DNA of 64,000 nt from the NCBI GenBank assembly GCA_964016885.1, contig OZ024740.1, positions 345,650,001 to 345,714,000 of the forward strand, read 5' to 3'. This DNA comes from Eledone cirrhosa. Its lineage: Eukaryota. Below are positions 26,861 to 44,453 of this stretch, piece after piece (position 1 is the first letter of the stretch; the number at the start of each line of letters is the position of its first letter). Made by a program: the position numbers and the translations under genes. The notes beneath the pieces were generated by a model. It saw only the letters and a list, made by a program, of their open reading frames with translations, was not told where the DNA came from and did not search any database.

Positions 26861-27113
26861 TCACTCACATACCCTATATAACTTTGAAATACCTCGGCAT
26901 ACACGTGGATATACGCAAGATTTAGTGGCCTGTGATATTAGTTATGAATAAAGATCTAAAAGGGAGTGAGGCAAAAAAGAGTAGACAACAAAATAAGAAT
27001 GGCAATTAACATCTAATGTATTACCTTGACAATCTAGCCCATCTGCATTGCACAGCTTTCTGTACAAAAGGACAATGCTTCAAGCAAACTATCACACACA
27101 CACACACACATTT

Positions 27114-27173
<60 letters not shown>

Positions 27174-27177
<4 letters not shown>

Positions 27178-30100
27178 AATAATAATAAATTTGAAGACTA
27201 AAATCCAAAGAGGGCCCGATAAGTATAAATATATATCAAATATATAAGAACCGTCGGTTCAGCACTCTATTGACTTATATTCATCATGCAGAAACAACAT
27301 CTGAATATTTCTACAAAGAACATACCCGTACCAAGTAGGAAAACATACCTAATACTCCTGATACAGAAAACAAACGCGTTCATTAAAAGGTTGCGTTGGC
27401 GTGCCTTTTATTTCCATAATCCGCGAAAAGCAGACAACAAACCGGATAAATTTGGGTTTAAAACCTATAATAACCCTCCGTGTAACCCAGCATTGCTACC
27501 TTCGAAAATGATGTCTTGGAACTCATACGGAGTATCATTTTTCGATATAGGAGCAATTCCTTCCAGCAACACCTGAAGAATAGAATTCGTACTATTAAGT
27601 ATTCTAATGCCGTGCACGTCCATTCTGACAAAACTGGCAAACTATATCAAGTGGAGCGCAGTACTTACTATCAACTACTACATAATGCTGTAACTAAGGA
27701 TTACCGTAAAACTAATCGGTGCGTCATCAATGAAATCAACGATGCTGGGTTTAAAATCACATGTGATCTCAACATCCTGGACCGACCGAACCTCTGGACC
27801 CTATTTCTCCCCACTTTACCCTGAAGGATCACAAATCTAATTTTCCGAACATCCCTCTATTCCGCTTATTAACCTTACGAAGTCCGATTTAGGTACACTT
27901 AGTAAAAGTATTATTGATAGAATTATACCTGAAATTAAAAGTTTGGCCCCTCTTGCACTGTGGAACAATTCTTTCGCGGTGATTAATTGGTTCAACTGCA
28001 TATGCAACAAGGAACATTGTCGTTTTATCCAATTCGACATCAATAATTACTACTCCTCCATCACTTTACCACTTCTCCTTAGAGCTATCAATTTCGCTAA
28101 AACACTCACAGTGGTTAAGGATTTCGAAGTTGATGTCATCCTCAATGCCCGTCAGTCGGTGATTAATTTCGACGCCTCTATTTGGATAAAAAAATCCAAT
28201 AGTACCCCATTCGACGTTAGTATGGGCGCCAGCGATTCTACGGAGGTTACTGATCTTATAGGCCTTTTCCTTCTTTTCTCTATCAAGGACGAATTCCCCA
28301 ACGTGGGCGGTGATTTATACCGTGATGATGGTCTTTTTACCATGATTATGTGCGGCCCTCGTGCTTGCGACAGGTTCAGAAAAGAACTCACAGCCTTCTT
28401 TAAAGGCTTCAACCTCTCTGTATAGGTCGAGGCCAACTTCTCGGTCGTTAATTACCTCGACGTTACCCTCAATTTATCGAATGGCTTGTATTACCCGTAT
28501 AGAAAGGCCGAATGATACGCTTAATTACATAAGTAAGCATTCCAACAATCCTGACAGCATAACCAAGAACCTGGTAAGAAACGTTTCGTTGAGGTTTTCC
28601 CGTCTATCTACTACCGAGCATATTTTCAACGACCATTCCACATATTACAATGAAGCTCTTGCTCGGAGTGGATTTGTCGATACGGTAGCATATACTGAGT
28701 ACGAGAATAGACCTAGAAGAAATAGATCCCGACGCATTATATGGTATAACCCACCATATATTATGGAGGTGGCCACACCATTAGCTAAGAACTTTCTATC
28801 CCTTATTACGAAGCATTTTCCCCCTACACATAAATATAGTAAAATTTTTAATAGAAATACTATTAAAATTTCTTACTCTACGACTCCTAACCTTGCACAT
28901 AACATCACAGCTTCAAATTTAGCTAAACTACCTAGCCGTAGGAACACGTGCAACCCTGTAGTTAGTACTAACTGTAATTGTAGGAATCGGGTTGATTGCC
29001 CCCAATCCGGGAAATGCCTCTCTAGTAACATTGTCTACAAATGTAAGGTTGAAACACCCACGTCCCATAGGGCCTACATAGGGTTAACCGCCAATAGATT
29101 CAAGCAGCGTCTTTACATGCATACCCATTCTTTTCGTTACCCTCTAAGAAGGAATATGACGTCACTTTCAGCTTATATCTGGAGTCTAAAAGACAACCAC
29201 ACCCAATATAAGTTACACTGGGAGATCCTAGCTAGGGCTAGATCGTATAACGGAAATAAAAGAACATGTGACTTCTGCACCGCTGAGGCCCTGGAAATAC
29301 TCTACGCCACAGACCACATCTTAAACAAAAAATCTGAGGCAATTTCGGCCTGTAAACATAAATTGCACAAATCGTTCTTGTATTACAGCCCTACATTATA
29401 CCCTAACGGATAGTACGATCTATACGCGGATATTTTACGTCTTGATGTGGTAGCTAAGTATATGTTATGTTTATACCATTACTTATTTGCATAGATAAGT
29501 ATATATTACTGTTTGTTTTGTGAAGGTACGTATACTTTCTCGTACGTATATTTGATTGTATATGTTATGGCGTATATTTTATATATTCTGGTGCATATGC
29601 TTTTGGTTATGTGTATACGTGAGTTTTGCATCTATGCGAGTATAGAGGTTCGTACGTATGTAGGGTGTGTGTATATGTGTACTTCGTGTTTTGGTTGACG
29701 TACGTCTCCGAACATTTGTGTATTTACACATAGGTATGTGTGTGCGCTTGTTATATACGTATTTATTTATTTATATACGTTTATTTAATTATTTGTATAC
29801 TCGCACACACACACACACATATTTATATGTGCGTGTATTTGTATACCTATGGCGAGTGTTTTCGCGTATACATGTGTATGTACGTATTTGGATGCGTGTA
29901 TGTATTTATTTAATTTCAATTACCTCTGTATTTTATTTACTTTATTTTTAACTCTGAAGCGGAGAATCATTCGGTTTCCTAGTTAGAATTTTAGTCTACG
30001 ACTTCAGTTATAACATTTACGTGGTTTTGTCTTTGCGTGCAATTGTTCCCCACGCTCCACATATGACGTATTATCTTCGCTTTTTCGTTCATTGCCTGAG

Positions 30101-30400
30101 AACGTCTCTATGAACCACCTAAGAGAATATTAGTCTACGGTTTTGTTTATACCATAAACGTGGTTCTGTCTTTGCGTGTAATTGTTTTTCACCGTTCCAA
30201 ATAATGACGTATTATATTTGTTTTTTCCCGTTCTTTGCCAGGGAACGTTTCCACGAACAAAAGTATCGTCTTCCTGTCTTCCTCCGGTTGCAACGTTTAT
30301 TGAAATATTCACTTCTGCGTTTACAGATCGACTTTGTCAGTTTCAGAAGATCCCGTTAAGGGTGAAAGCAGCGATTCTTTGCTTGAACGTTAATCTGTTA

Positions 30401-30405
<5 letters not shown>
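27174..30405 (+). mobile_element. Near full-length Penelope-like element (Naiad-type), inactivated by frameshifts and a stop, inserted in (TA)n
   Basis: Fragments 27286-29413: FIKRLRWRA, SDKTGKLY, RLINLTKSDLG, IQFDINNYYSSI, MGASDS, LYRDDG (28318), WYNPPY, IFNRNTIKISYS, CNCR..CP..GKCL..NIVYKC..YIGLTANRFKQR; (TA)n on both sides. Confidence 0.92.
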
Positions 30406-30468
<63 letters not shown>

Positions 30469-30485
30469 CATACACACGCGCACAG

Positions 30486-30541
<56 letters not shown>

Positions 30542-30893
30542 ATCTATATGTGTGTCTCTCTGTGTCTGTTATAAATATATATCTGCACATATACAGTTCG
30601 GAGTTAAACGTGACTGCATCAATATGTACATAAATACCTATCTATACATACGCACTACAAACATAAATGAGGGTACGTAAATGAGTGGATGAATATAAAG
30701 ATGTGTATGCATTTCATATTTACGTATCATTCTGTACTTCAATGTGGCTACTGAAGTTTGTAAATTTTATAAAGCTATATATTGCATATACTCAGTGATT
30801 GATCAATGATGACGATATCACGAAAGTTGAAAATCGACCACGGCTACACATCATCTTTAAACTATGTGTACACGGATATATATATATATATAT

Positions 30894-30971
<78 letters not shown>

Positions 30972-30976
30972 CGTGC

Positions 30977-31012
<36 letters not shown>

Positions 31013-31160
31013 AGTATTTACATGGAAAAGGCAAAGGAAAGAAGAGCAAAATAAAGGTTCTATCTGCTGAGCGATTTCAGACGTTTCTGTTAGATTCATC
31101 AAACTTCATGAAAACTTGTGTAATGGAATAATTATATTGTGTTGTTTATTACATTATTAA

Positions 31161-35205
<4,045 letters not shown>

Positions 35206-35206
35206 T

Positions 35207-35251
<45 letters not shown>

Positions 35252-35624
35252 CACACACAAACATGTATTTAAATATATATTTCTTACACTTTCGCAGAAC
35301 TTTCGTCTACCCGACTCTACTGACAAGGCATGTGTCAATTAAAGGGTATTTTGGACTAAACCACGTAATTTTAAAGTGATTTTGTAACCACAGAGACATC
35401 TGTGCACTTATATATCTCTACATAATGCGCAAGTAAAAAGCTATATATAAATATGCCTATAGGTAAACCGTATTTAAATATATAGCTATAGTCACGACTC
35501 TTCGCAGTGGTTTGAACAGCAAGAAAGAGCAGAAAAGAACATTCAAAACACTCAGCACACTTAGATGCTGCGGGCATTTATCTAAAAGAGACTATGTTTT
35601 AAAAACTACAAGGACTAAGAAGAA

Positions 35625-36010
35625 AATAATTGTTTCTACTTTTGGCCAAGGCCAGCAATTACTCAGTACATTACTGGTACTTTATTTTATCGACGCCGTA
35701 AGGATGAAAGGTAAAGTTGACCTCGGAGGAATTTGAACTCAGAATGGAAAGAGCCGTAACTATGCTAGAAAGCATGGCGTCCAACCCTCTACCGATACTG
35801 CCAATTCACCGCCCTTTATAATAAATAATTGTTTCTACGTTTATCACAAGGCCAGCAATTAACCAGTGCATTACTGGTACTTTATTTTATCGACCCCGTA
35901 AGGATGAAAGGCAAAGTTAACCTCGGCGGGATTTGAACCCAGAATGGAAAAGGGCCGTAACTCTTTGCGTTATAGTATGGCGTCCGACCCTCTACCGATA
36001 CTGCCAATCC
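35625..36010 (-). mobile_element. Tandem pair of Nin-domain SINEs
   Basis: Two head-to-tail copies 35625-35813 and 35824-36010. Confidence 0.85.
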
Positions 36011-36958
36011 AATGTCGGAGGATCTTGTGAGCTGGGTAGCTACAACCGTGCGTTGCTACTTATGAATTCGACACGGTCGATGTAGAAGTCTCAATTCTCA
36101 AGGGACGTATTGCACTAGAGTAATATGTTTGAACTGACATACACGCTTTCTAGGTCACAGCCAACTGTGAGGACAACATTTGCCTTCACCGTATTTAAGC
36201 ATTCTTATTGACCATTTCTGCTGGGTGATACACAGGAACAAAAGAAACAACGAAGGTAACGGTGAAAACAAAACCATCAGTACCACCATCAACATCTACA
36301 ACCACAAGAGTACAAATTCAAAGCAACATCAATAACAACAATAACGTGGAGAGAGTTTCTTAATTATTTTCTTCCATAGAGGGGATTTTATTAATAATTT
36401 TTAGAATCTAACATTAGCGTTTCCTAATATTGTGAATAACAAATCATGAACAATATAATCATATTGTTTATTGACAAGCGCTTGAAAAATTGTTAAGTCT
36501 TTGGCAGTATACATACTCTGACTTAGATATTGCCAAACAAATACCTGAGTAAATTTCAGCGAATCATAAAACATGTGGCTTTGTGCCAGCATTTAGATAT
36601 GTCCCTTTATTTCCTAATTTCAAACACATCTAGTTTTGAGGAAGTGTTCGACAAAGGAAGGTACCACTGAGGTGAAATTCACCCGTTTTGCCACCTTAAC
36701 CACAATATATACAGATAGGGAATTAATACTTAAGACTAATTAGGAATATTGTTTAGCTCAGTACTCGATGCATTAGAAAGTAGAGTATAGGATTTTATAA
36801 TGATTTTCTGCGCCTAATATTATGTTATGATCTAAGGAATAGAAGTCTATAAGTTCACATCTATATATGTAAATTTACGTTTTTACTATAAAAACGTGTA
36901 AAAATACATACATCTTTCGCAGTAAATCGAAAACAAAACATGATAAATACATGCCTCT

Positions 36959-37038
<80 letters not shown>

Positions 37039-37384
37039 ACTAGCGCAAGTCTATCAGACATGACACCCTTAATTTAATTTTGGATATATATATAACCAAA
37101 TGTTAAACAACGTTCATTGATTATTCAATAAATATAGTTTTACAATAGATTAAAAGCACTCAACAAAGAAGTTTTCTGGAGTTATTAATATTATTAAAAA
37201 TATTAATAAATGGATACATTCACATAATCAAAATATGTTTTATTATATATATTTCGGGGGTACTGTGCTGTTTTTTCAGTACGTCCTCATCACATAAAAT
37301 ACATAAATTGATGTATGACATACCTCAACTGTGCTGGTGGTTCAAGTCCAGTCTTGTAAAGACTGGAATTGAACCGTCAATACA

Positions 37385-39515
37385 GCTGAGGTATGTATAT
37401 TCATAAATCTGCTCAACACAGAGTTAAAGATTTTGACTGAGTTAAAGGCTGGCGCTTGTCGTCGAGAACCTTGTAGGAGAAGCGCAAAACTTGTGCAATC
37501 CCGACCACGTCCATACACGACAACCTCCACCTCATGCGATACATCATAGAGAGAGTAGGGTGCAAACCTGGCTTCGGTGGGGCTCTGATCAATTTAGATC
37601 AGTCTAAGGCATTTGATAGGGTCGATCATCAATACTTGGAAGCGGTTCTCAAGGCGGCCGGCTTCGGTCCCGTCTTCAGAGGCTGGATCGCTGCCATGCA
37701 CAGCATCTGCTCGGCAGTCAATGTGAATGGCTACCCATCGGAATCATTCCAAATCATAGGTTCCATCCGACAGGGATGGCCTCTCTCCCCCATTCTATAT
37801 GTACTGCCTCTCGTGCCATTACTGCGGAAGTTTGAGCTGTTGCAGGGCATCCCAATCGAACCAGGACTGCGGAAAGCAGCGTCGGCCTATGCCGACGTCG
37901 TAACCGTAATGGTATCGAAAACTTCGGATAACGGGTAATCGGAAACTTATTCCAGGAATACTAAACGTTGACAGGAGGAAGACTAAACCCAAACAAGTCT
38001 GTCGGTTTACAAACGGCACATGGAGAGGTAAACCCATGCCTTCCGACAGTGTCGTTGGACGCTGGACGACAGGACAGGTGAAATTGCTCGGGGTCTGGTT
38101 TGGTCCAGACATCCAGGTGGACAAGAACTAGAATGAGGTCACGGCGAAGGTGTTTGCACTCACCCAGAAGTGGGCTGAGTGCAAACTATTCTTGAAAGGT
38201 CGAGCGGAGGTGGCGAACCCTTACATAGCGTCCGTCATCTACTACCGCTTGACAGTCGTGCCTTGTCCCCGCGAACACCTCACCAAAATGGAACGCCAAC
38301 TCTTCAAGTTCCTCTGGAAGAAACACGCTCCATTGGTGAGGAGATCCATCTGCTGTCAACACCCTTCTAACGGAGGGCTGAGGATGCCATGGCTGATGAT
38401 GCGCAAACACGCGCTGAGGCTACGCCATCTCCAGGTATTCCTGACAGGTGAACCGGTGTGGCTGTCGTTTGTGAAACGAGCTCTTTTACAACTTGTCTCA
38501 CTAGCAGAGCTGCAGTCCTGGGTCATGCGAAGACGGAAAATGGGCGCCTGGCACCTCGACTGCATTCAGGGGCTCACAGCCCTCTACGAAGCGGAAACGG
38601 CATTCAGCGGAGACTACACTTCGACATTCTATAGAAGATTAGTGGAGGATAAGTGCGACGACGTTCTCGGGGAACTCTAGGCATCGAGGAAGACGAACTG
38701 ACCAGTCTGTTCGGGAGGACTTTCCGTCCAGGGCTTATGGATAACTTCCTGAGGTCTCTGGCCTGGCGGTGCTACCTATGAACCCTACCAGTTTGAGACA
38801 AAATCTACAGGCACGGGTGCCCAGGCAAAGATCCTACCAAAAGGACCTGTCCAAGATGCGAGCAGGACATCGAAACCGTTCTGCACGTAATTGTTCAGTG
38901 CCCAGGCTGACCGATCTGTGGAATTATGGCGAAAAGCTACTGTCACGTGTGGGACGCATCCAGTTGTCAGCCGAGTCCATCGTGAGGATCACCCCACCGC
39001 CTTCATTTAAGAATGAAGGAGAGGCGGCTTTCCTCTGTCTGGTGGCTATGGCGAAAGAGGTAATATGGTGGACGAGGTTAAAAGGACTGAGGGCAAGCAC
39101 CTTTCTCTCCGGACAACAACTCATCCTCTTCTTTAAGTACCACTTCAGAAGGAAGGTGAGAGTGGAGAGAGAGGTGCTACATCCCAGTAAATTCGCTGAA
39201 ATCTGGGTGAATGTGGCAAAAATGGTCCGGGTGAATGGGCCTTCTCTGTATATAAACCTGTAGGTTGAGGAAGATAAACAAAGGGAAGACAGGAACACCT
39301 ACAAAACGTGTTCCTGGTGTTGAGGGCCGTTCTATCCACAGGGAGTAAAACAACCCAGCAGCAGCGTTACCCCTCCTAATGGGGATTTGAATTGTTTTAT
39401 TTTTAAATAGTTTATTGTTATTTATCATTGTTAAAGATGTTATGTAAAACCCCGCCGTCACATCTTGTAATGTCTCATTTTTGTACACCGCTGCGGCAAA
39501 TAAAGAAAGATATCT
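37385..39515 (+). mobile_element. 5'-truncated Tx1/L1-clade LINE, same family as 31330-35205
   Basis: GGALINLDQSKAFDRV, QGWPLSP, YADVV, GGLRMPWLMMRK, RVNGPSLYINL; AATAAA and (TATC)n tail. Confidence 0.9.
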
Positions 39516-39548
39516 ATCTATATATTTATCTATATACCTGTCTATCTC

Positions 39549-39591
<43 letters not shown>

Positions 39592-39593
<2 letters not shown>

Positions 39594-39850
39594 ATAAGCC
39601 TGTAGGTTGAGGAAAAAGAGGAAGAGAGGAGGGGAGTACTCACTCTTGGTGCTCCTGGAGATGAGGGTTGTACATTTTTTCGGGGTGTGTACAACCCCTG
39701 TGTAACACCTACCCACTATTGGGGATTTAAATTGTTATTTGTTATTGTATAAATAGTTTTATTTTCATATACGTGTATGTAAACTCCCCATTTGTATTTG
39801 TCCCCTTATTTTGTGCCCTTGTGGCTAATAAATAAATTTATCTATTTATC
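39592..39850 (+). mobile_element. Second Tx1 3'UTR-only insertion in the (TATC)n tail
   Basis: Begins ataagcctgtaggttgagg like 39253; similar to the 31330-31615 3'UTR; ends ggctaataaa. Confidence 0.65.
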
Positions 39851-39927
39851 AATCTATTAATGTAAATAAAGAAAGATATCTATTTATGTAAATCTCTATT
39901 GCTCTCTCTCTCTCTCTCATATAGAAA

Positions 39928-40993
39928 TAGTGGTGGACTGGCCAGGTTGCCAGGTTACCCAACGGCGAGTGGGTCCCAGGGAACCCACGGTAGCATTGCA
40001 GGAAGGCACTGTAGTATTTTATGAGCCAATGCTCTTCTTTCAAAAACATTTTTTAAAAGAAAAGTCTGAGAGCAAAAATGAAAATGTTTAAAAGATAAAT
40101 AATTGATTCTACTTTAGGCACAAGGCCAGCAAATTACCCAGTGTATTACTGGTACTTAATTTCATCGACCCCGTAAGGATGAAAGGCAAAGTTAACCTCG
40201 GTGGGATTTGAACTCAGAATGGAAAGGGCCGTAACTCTTTGCGTCAAAGCATGGCGTCCGACCCTCTGCCAATGAAATAAAGAAAGCTTTTGGCTAAACA
40301 ATTCCATAGGGAATTAATAGCTTACTGTATTCATTCATGCATGCGTAAATACATGGACACACACACACACATGCATACATATATATATAATATATATATA
40401 TATATATACTTAGACATACACACTAGCTGGTGGCCAAATAACCTTTGGTGTCAATGGGTTAAAGACATATGTAAAATCAGTTAATGGTCAGTTCTTTAGT
40501 CTAAAATCCCTAGGGAGAATGAGTCGCTAAATAATTTTTGTACAAGTTGAAAACATGTATGTATACATATATATAAATCTGCATGTACATGTACATACAG
40601 ACTACCACATATATATATTGAGTGAATGTTATTGAAAGCCTCTGGATGTGTATATTTCGCTAGGTACTTTATATTTTTATTGGAGAAGATAAAAACGGTC
40701 ACTTGCATACTCTACTCTAAATAAAAGTATACTATACACAATTATCTAAATATTAAATTATAACATTCTGTATTAACATTTAGTACTACTGTATACTGCC
40801 AGTAATTTGTACAGTATATATACACTATAATTAGTAAAAAAAAATGCACAAATTTGATTGCAGTGTTTTGTTTTCACTTATGCATTTTTTGAAAATGTTA
40901 TTTACTCATAAAAATTAAATGATAGCATTCTATACGTGGTTGTGCCCTCTTTATCTCCTGGCAACCAATATTTTTTGACCCAGCCCGCCACTG
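39928..40993. mobile_element. hAT-like MITE remnant with nested SINE (40097-40272, minus)
   Basis: Imperfect TIRs TAGTGGTGGACTGG / CCAGCCCGCCACTG with subterminal GGTTGCCAGG / CCTGGCAACC; no clean TSD. Confidence 0.5.
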
Positions 40994-41834
40994 CATATAT
41001 ATTAAGATTTAAACATGCATAATAGATAAGACTTACAAGAACTAATTGATTTTGAAACATAACCGTTAACTATAGTTAATAATATTCTATATTGGAATAA
41101 ATAATAGTCAATATAAACTTGGATCTTAAGTGCACTATTTAACAATGTCGGTTCCGATGACGCGTGTCCGACCAATAGCATGCATGTAACACTATCATGT
41201 AATTGACTAGCATTCCAGAGACACGTGTAGACGTTGTTTCCTGGAAGATTCAACGGGACACAATATGTGGCAAATCTAACCTATGGAATTACATGTTCAA
41301 CTCACTCTTTTCAGCCTGATAGCTCTGGGGCAAAATGAAAAAAAAAAAAGCAAAACAAACAAGCAAAAAACGTGTTTTGCAAGAGAGGCACAAGACTCAG
41401 GAGTGAACCTTGCAATTGACCATATGGATGTGAGGCGACATGCTAAAGTCTACGCCACTCGCCTTTACTTGATACAAGCAGAATATGCTATCTGATAAAG
41501 TTTATCACGAGTTATGTTGTGAGCTAAACATTTCAGACTATACTAGTAAAGCATTTACTCAATTACTCAGACCAAGAGACGGAGAAAGAGATAGCATGAA
41601 GTCTTAACTGTAGTCGTAAAGTTGTGACATGCAATGTGATATTAATGAGATTCCAATCTTTTGTGAGGGTGATGTCGTATTTTCCACTTTAGATTAATGA
41701 ATGTGAAGATTGCGCAAAATATGGTACGGAGTAGACATACACATATCCACATCCACGCTCTCGCATAAACACACACGAAATCATATACACATATACGTCC
41801 CCACCCTCACTCTCTCTATTTGTATCTTACTATT

Positions 41835-41929
<95 letters not shown>

Positions 41930-42367
41930 AGATAGAGAGAATACACTCTAATATACAAATGGCTTCTACAGTACTAGAAGGAAGTATATATGTATATATG
42001 TATATATGTATATATTTTCGCTGACTGAAGGTTATACAATAAGCTTGTTACTGCGTTTAACAGCATGAGGATCATGTGCTATACAAGGGAAAATCCAAAG
42101 AAAGAAACTACTTTATAAACCTTAATAAAGTGTTTATGACCACTGCGGTATTGAGTACAAAGTACCACAGTGGAGATAAAGGCTATCTTAAGGTTTAAAA
42201 CGAAGTTTATTTCTTTGGAGTTTCTCTTACATACTAAGGATCCGCTTGTCGTTAAACACAGTAACAAAGCTTATGAAATAACATTCAGTCAGCAAAATAT
42301 ATGCATATATATACATGCACACACACATACACACACACACGCTCACACACGCACAAATATACATATG

Positions 42368-42537
42368 TATAGGGTCGGACGCCATGCTTTGCAGCATTGA
42401 GTTACGTCTCTTTGAGGTCTGAGTTCAAATCCTGCCGAGGTTAACTTTGCCTTTCATCATTACGGGGTCGATAAAATAAAGTACCAGTAATGCACTGAAT
42501 AATTACTAGCCTTGTGCCAAAAAGTAGAAATAATTAT
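42368..42537 (+). mobile_element. Nin-domain SINE
   Basis: Same family sequence. Confidence 0.85.
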
Positions 42538-42835
42538 AATATTTAGCCTGTTGGGTGAAAATATCTTTATATATATATATACCAGATAGGGTGTGTAAAA
42601 TGTGCTGATATAGCGAAATATAAAGCAAAATAAATGAAAAGAAGAGTATAACATTTATCTAATAAAGATTACTTATATGAGAAAATATATACTGGAAATC
42701 ATTCCTTAGCTTAATAACTTGGAGCTGAATCGAACCTCATATCTGCTAAGAGATCACACCGTGGACTCTACATACACCACTATTCGTTTGATGTAAAAGG
42801 TTATATTGAACATATTCATAAATACATAAACGTAA

Positions 42836-42877
<42 letters not shown>

Positions 42878-42964
42878 CTCACTCCCAAGCGTGAACCTAA
42901 TACTAACACTTTGTACTGTCTCTTCGCTTTGTTTTTTGTTATTTTGTTTTCTATTTTAACTATA

Positions 42965-43132
<168 letters not shown>

Positions 43133-43269
43133 GGGTGGTGAATATGTGTAGGTTCCAATTACATATAGTACATAAAGCCATGGCAAAACATGATAGACAA
43201 ATACAGCATACAAGCATATACACGTTATTTATACCTAATTATATAAATTAAGACTTACGTATACAGACG

Positions 43270-43339
<70 letters not shown>

Positions 43340-43398
43340 CGACCAGAAATAACAAGCTTGCACGGAATACATGGCACATTGAGAAAACAGTATATGTT

Positions 43399-43451
<53 letters not shown>

Positions 43452-44280
43452 ACACACACGTATATATACACACATATAGACATATATATCTGCGTGCGTT
43501 TGTGTGGATGTATATGTGTATATATATATATAAATATACATACATACATATGTATCTATATATATGTATGTGTGTGTGTGTATGTAAATATATAGTACGT
43601 GTGTGTGTCCGTGCAATGTGTGTGTATGTGTAATTGTGAGTGTGTGCTTGTGTGTGTGTGTGAATCTGTATAGTTAGACGGATAGATAAACATACAGAGA
43701 TATGATTTGGTACATAAAAGGTACTATAACGATTTAAGGTGATTTAAGATTATATTTTTTCATAGGTATTTCAAAACGATTAAATCTACATGTAAGCGCT
43801 GTAAATAAATATATCATAGACAGCAATAATAAACAAATAAAAACATTAATTATCGGAGGTAAGTATTATGGATTTTAATGAAGTGCAAGTCATAAATTTG
43901 TCAGAAAAATAAATAACAACAACAAAAGCAAAATCAGTATACACAGCAACAACTTTAACGGCAATAATATCGAATTTATTAATGGAAATATAGAAAAGAT
44001 AAATCTATAATAAATGTAAGTGGAGGAAACGGTTAGAAGAAGAAAGATACATATAAGAGAAAAGAGCATTAGAGATAGAAATAGAGAGAGGTGGGTGAGA
44101 TGAGAAGAAAAGGAATGGTGAAGAAGGGAGGCAGAAAAAGAGATACTGAGAGAGTAAGAGAGTCACAGTTAGGTGGGAGAGTTTTTCGATTTGAAATGGG
44201 TTCATGTATATTTGGAAACAGAGTTCAGGCCGCGTTTTAACTAAGTTCTGTAACGTATGATGGATATTTAGTGCATACAG

Positions 44281-44311
<31 letters not shown>

Positions 44312-44381
44312 AAAGTGTGTATGTGTGTGTGTCCCCGTGTGTGTATTTATACATATACATACATTTATACATATACACACG

Positions 44382-44453
<72 letters not shown>

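Noticed and set aside
30060-30250. ATGA motifs as SECIS elements of a selenoprotein Naiad
   Set aside because: No pairing stem with GA quartet and apical AA, and no in-frame TGA at Cys positions.
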